Of a stretch of 64,000 nucleotides of DNA, positions 55,561 to 64,000 are shown in pieces. Source of the stretch: Camelus dromedarius. Lineage: Eukaryota. How positions within the stretch are numbered: position 1 is the stretch's first letter; each line of letters opens with the position of its first letter. A program made the position numbers and the translations under genes. The stretch spans positions 10,726,001 through 10,790,000 of the forward strand of contig NC_087459.1 in the NCBI RefSeq assembly GCF_036321535.1, written 5' to 3'. The notes beneath the pieces are model-generated. The model did no database searches. It saw only the letters and a list, made by a program, of their open reading frames with translations, and was not told where the DNA came from.

Positions 55561-57699
55561 GCCTTGTTGTAGTTTGACACTTTTAGGGAAGTTGGGAGCA
55601 GACTGTTACAACAGGAAGGCAGATGCCGGGCATAGTTTCAGTACGTTAGAACTAAAACCATTGAATGGGGAACTGTGAACAGTAGTTCAGCACAGCGTCT
55701 CCCTAAACGTAAGTATCTCAGGTAGAAAATGAGAAAGTGTGAAGGTCCCAGTTGTAGACAAAGAGTCTTAAGTCAATTATTGACTTGACTTAGAACCGGG
55801 CTCTTGAGTCATCGCCTGCTTGAAAAGGTAGCAGGTGCACACGCATCTCCCATAGGCGTTTTGTTATTTGGAGACTTGTTGTAAGCGTGTTTTTAGCGAC
55901 CTGGCTTGTCCGCAGCCTGATTTTTCTTTGGAGTTCAGTTTCCCCAAAGTACACTTAGCTAGTTTAAGAAACTGTCATCTACTGTTTTGTGTTGTTTTGA
56001 AGATGAACTGATCATTTAAAGCATATTTAAGTTTCCAGGAAGTAATAAAATTCAACATACTGTCCTAACTTAAAAACTCTTTATTTTTGAGAAATTGAAA
56101 GGTATTTTAAGGGTTTCATAAAATATATGAATCTTAAATCAACATCACACTGGACCTGGGGACATTCCCGTTAGTCAGGAACATGGCAAAGAATATATTG
56201 TCTAATTATTATTTTGGTAGTTCTAGCCAATGCAATAGGATATGAAACAAAAATAAAACATAATTTTTCATAAGGGAGGGGCAAAATTCTCATTTCTGTG
56301 GACAATAAGACAGACTATTTTGAAAAAGGTAAGAGAAAACTATTAAAATAAGAGTTTATTGAAGAGACTAATTACAAAATCAGCATATAAAATTGTTAGT
56401 GTTCCTACATTTCACCAGTTTGAAAATATGATAAGGAGGGTGCATGACAACAAACAAATACCACTCCTGGGAATAATCTGACATACAACAGGAGGCTAGT
56501 ATTTCTTGGATAACATCGGTTTAAGTTTTTTACGTAGGATGCTTTTGTTTGTAGAATACTGTGCTTTTATTTAGAATAATGTTCAGCTCATTAAAATTGA
56601 GTATTTAAATGCTTAGCTTTTTAAAGCTTTTTTAGCTTTATTGACAAACCTTGTTTTATTTATAAATCTAAGAATGTTTACAGAAAAATTAATATACTTG
56701 ATTTTTGACAGAATTTCAATTAAGGCATCAGTTTAACAGATTAAATTCCCCTAAACGATGAACTCTTTTTATGAAATTTAATTCCCTTAAATATTTTAAC
56801 CTGCATTTAAAGTTTATATGCTTGTTCTCTCAGATACTTCAAAATTCTAAAACAGTGAACTTGTAAACTTAAAAGTAAAAGCTTTCCATGAACTTAACTC
56901 TTGTTAAGTCTGATAAATATGTAAATGTTAGGTCTTTTAAAAGCACACTTTCAAATTTAGTTATATTTCCTTAAGCATTGTAAGTAATATTCACTAATAT
57001 GTCTGATTCTCTCAAATGTTTCAAATGACTTAGTACCAGTCAACCGCAATTATCATGATGACTATAAAACTTAATTCAAAATCTAAGTGTTAATATGCTA
57101 TAGGTTTGATTTACTTGTTTTCTAGCCTTTATTTCTATAATTTCTCAGGCCTGCAAAGTCACTCACACAACCAAGAGAAGCATTTTTACCATCTAGGTGG
57201 ATTGAAGTTACACTATCTAAAATTTGGGCCAAGATAAGGTTACATTTTAAAATTACTGCCTGAACAGGGCAGGAACCTATTGCCCACTTCTAAGATGACC
57301 TTCCTGCATCCCATCGGTTGGTTAACTTGTAGATTCTCTTCTTATAGTGAGACTTCGCCTTCTTTTATGAATGCCTTCACCTTTCAGCTGGCATTTATTT
57401 TCACAACCCAGTGCATCATAAATGTGTCTGGGGGCCTTGAAAATTTCTTTTAGGAGAAATTCTTTAGACATATTAGTGCATGATGGTCTTTTGCACCACC
57501 AACCTGTTTTGCTGCCAGTTGCTTTCCTTCCTAATTAGAATTAACTCTTCATTTTTAGATATTTTATTCCCCTACCTAGTCTTAGAGATTACAAATCTTC
57601 TGGTTGTAATAGGAAGAGTCAATATTACTTGTATATGAATACACATAATGTATGTGGATATATAGGACATATGTAAACCTTCCTTAAGTAATTCACACT

Positions 57700-58370
57700 T
57701 ACGATTCATTTATAATCAAAATACAGTGTGATTTTTGTGGGAACTAGTCAAAATTATTTTAAAATTGATATGAAATAATAAATAGACTAGAACAGCCAAG
57801 TGTTACTAGTATTACTTTTAAAAGAAAAAGAATAAAGGTGAATCTTTAAGTTATTAAAATATAATCATAGAATTTTTTAAAATTACGTTGTACTGGTTAA
57901 GGAGTCTAGATACTGAATGGGTATAGTGGGATAGATTTCAGAAATAGACCTTATGGTATATAGGACTTGTGCCAAATCAGCAGGGAAAAGAGGGATTATT
58001 TGGTGACTTTGATGCTGGGAAGAAACCAGATTAGAGCCTCACCTCTCACCTTATAGTAAATTCAACTTGGGTTAAAGAGTTCAATGTGAAAAATGTGTCT
58101 GTAAAACAAGAATGGGTAAACTCTTCTACAAGAATTATTTGGTTGGAGGAGGAGATTTTAGGCATAAAAGAAATGGAAGAAGCCATAAGGGAAAAGAGCC
58201 TAGTTTTAACTGCATTAAAAGTTAAAATTTCTTCTTTCATCATACCTCACTCTATGTAAAATTAAACAGTAAATAACAAAGCAGAAAAAAAAGAGGTATG
58301 ACAGGTATTACATATTTATCATCCATGTTACATATCTGTAATATATTAAAAGCCCTTACAAATCAATAAA
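57700..58370 (+). mobile_element. Old L1M ORF2 3' fragment
   Basis: AGACTAGAACAGCCAAG...CCAGAATAGAC-like...CCTCACCTCTCACCTTATAGTAAATTCAAC...CCTTACAAATCAATAA. Confidence 0.55.
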
Positions 58371-59306
58371 AAAAGCTGTGTTTTTCAACTATTCCCTTAA
58401 TGCTGGACTCCAGGTTGCTTCTATCATTTTTCATATATAAACAAGACTGTAATGACATACAATTCTTTGTAAATTGAAGAATGTTTATAAATAATATTTT
58501 TATTGATGTGATAGAATGTGAGTTTTAAAAGGCAGGACACTGAATTAACATATGAAGCACGCACAGTACATACAGTGTGATTTACATATTTCTATTTTGT
58601 AAACCCTTGGAATTCTGGAGTTCACAGTATACTTTCACCATTTCCAAGCAACTTTGAAGGTCTTTGGCGTGTGATAATTTGTCACTTTGCTGAGGCCCAG
58701 GTTTGGGTGGTGAGAGGCTGGTGTTAGGAAGTGAGCCCCGGAAGCCCCGAGACACTGGTCTTACTTACCCCCTGAGTAGGCAGTACCTCTGTAAACTGAT
58801 AAAAACTTTGTCATTGTGAAGAATGGCCCTACATGAAAGTAAACTGCTGGTAATGAAAATAAAGAAGTTTTAAGAAAGATTATTCTCAGCAAGAAGAAAA
58901 AAAAGGTGTTGGATAAATTAAAAGAAAAAACCCCCAGTATTCTCGAGGATTCTTTGCAATTCTGAGGATTCTTTCAGACTCTGTCAGCATAGGTTCTCTA
59001 ATGTCAAGGATCTTGTGAATGTGCATAGAAAAAAGACTGGAAAGAAGCATGCTAAACAGTGATTATCTCTGGATGATAGGATTTGGGGTGCTTTTTATAT
59101 CTATATGAAAATTTATATGTATAAGATAAATAGTATTTATCAGTAAATGGTAATTAAGATAAATTTAATAATGATTCTTCTTGACAGTGAAATTCTTTTT
59201 GACTTAAATCTGTATAACTGAACAGAAAAAAGTCATTTTTACCATCTTGCTCTGACCTGGCTCTTCTTTTCAATGTTAACAGAAGCCATGCAGTGACACC
59301 TGCTAA

Positions 59307-63904
<4,598 letters not shown>

Positions 63905-64000
63905 TGACCTTATAAGACCTGTAGGGGACTTGCCAGATACGTGCTGATTTAGGATGGCTCAGGAAATTGGCAGAAAGGCATGAGCCGTGCCGAGGTCGGC

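Noticed and set aside
53927-55580. Several 130-263 aa ORFs on both strands
   Set aside because: All lie in the GLYR1/UBN1 CpG island and are Arg/Pro/Gly-rich, typical spurious ORFs.
55950-57700. Very AT-rich block as a possible NUMT or foreign insertion
   Set aside because: No mitochondrial gene or tRNA pattern recognised. Scattered L1-like phrases suggest decayed old repeats in UBN1 intron 1.

Overview
Mammalian genomic DNA, almost certainly a camelid (alpaca, llama or camel), judged from eight copies of a tRNA-Ala(AGC)-derived SINE matching the described camelid vic-1 family. The window holds the conserved gene block known from human 16p13.3: SEPTIN12 (-), SMIM22 (+), ROGDI (-), GLYR1/NPAC (-) and the 5' part of UBN1 (+). 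I traced every coding exon by hand. All junctions are GT-AG and all four complete genes keep an open frame (361, 87, 287 and 553 aa). The rest is two CpG-island promoters, old interspersed repeats (L1, L2, MIR, MLT1/MLT2, MER20/MER5A/MER3/MER58, Tigger1), microsatellites and four short N gaps. I see no evidence for an unknown multi-gene system. The most interesting observations are smaller: (1) a SINE copy that carried about 120 nt of foreign 3' sequence inside one 15-bp target-site duplication; (2) an AATAAA-TTTT-poly(A) tail architecture in the SINE, resembling T+ SINEs; (3) a CCAAT/E-box module duplicated with identical spacing around a CRE in the GLYR1/UBN1 bidirectional promoter; (4) uORFs ending just before the UBN1 ATG; (5) very tight 3'-end packing of SMIM22/ROGDI/GLYR1; (6) in-frame alternative splice sites in GLYR1; (7) a ~110-nt hairpin in UBN1 intron 2. 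Repeat family names and orthologue comparisons come from memory, not from a database search.
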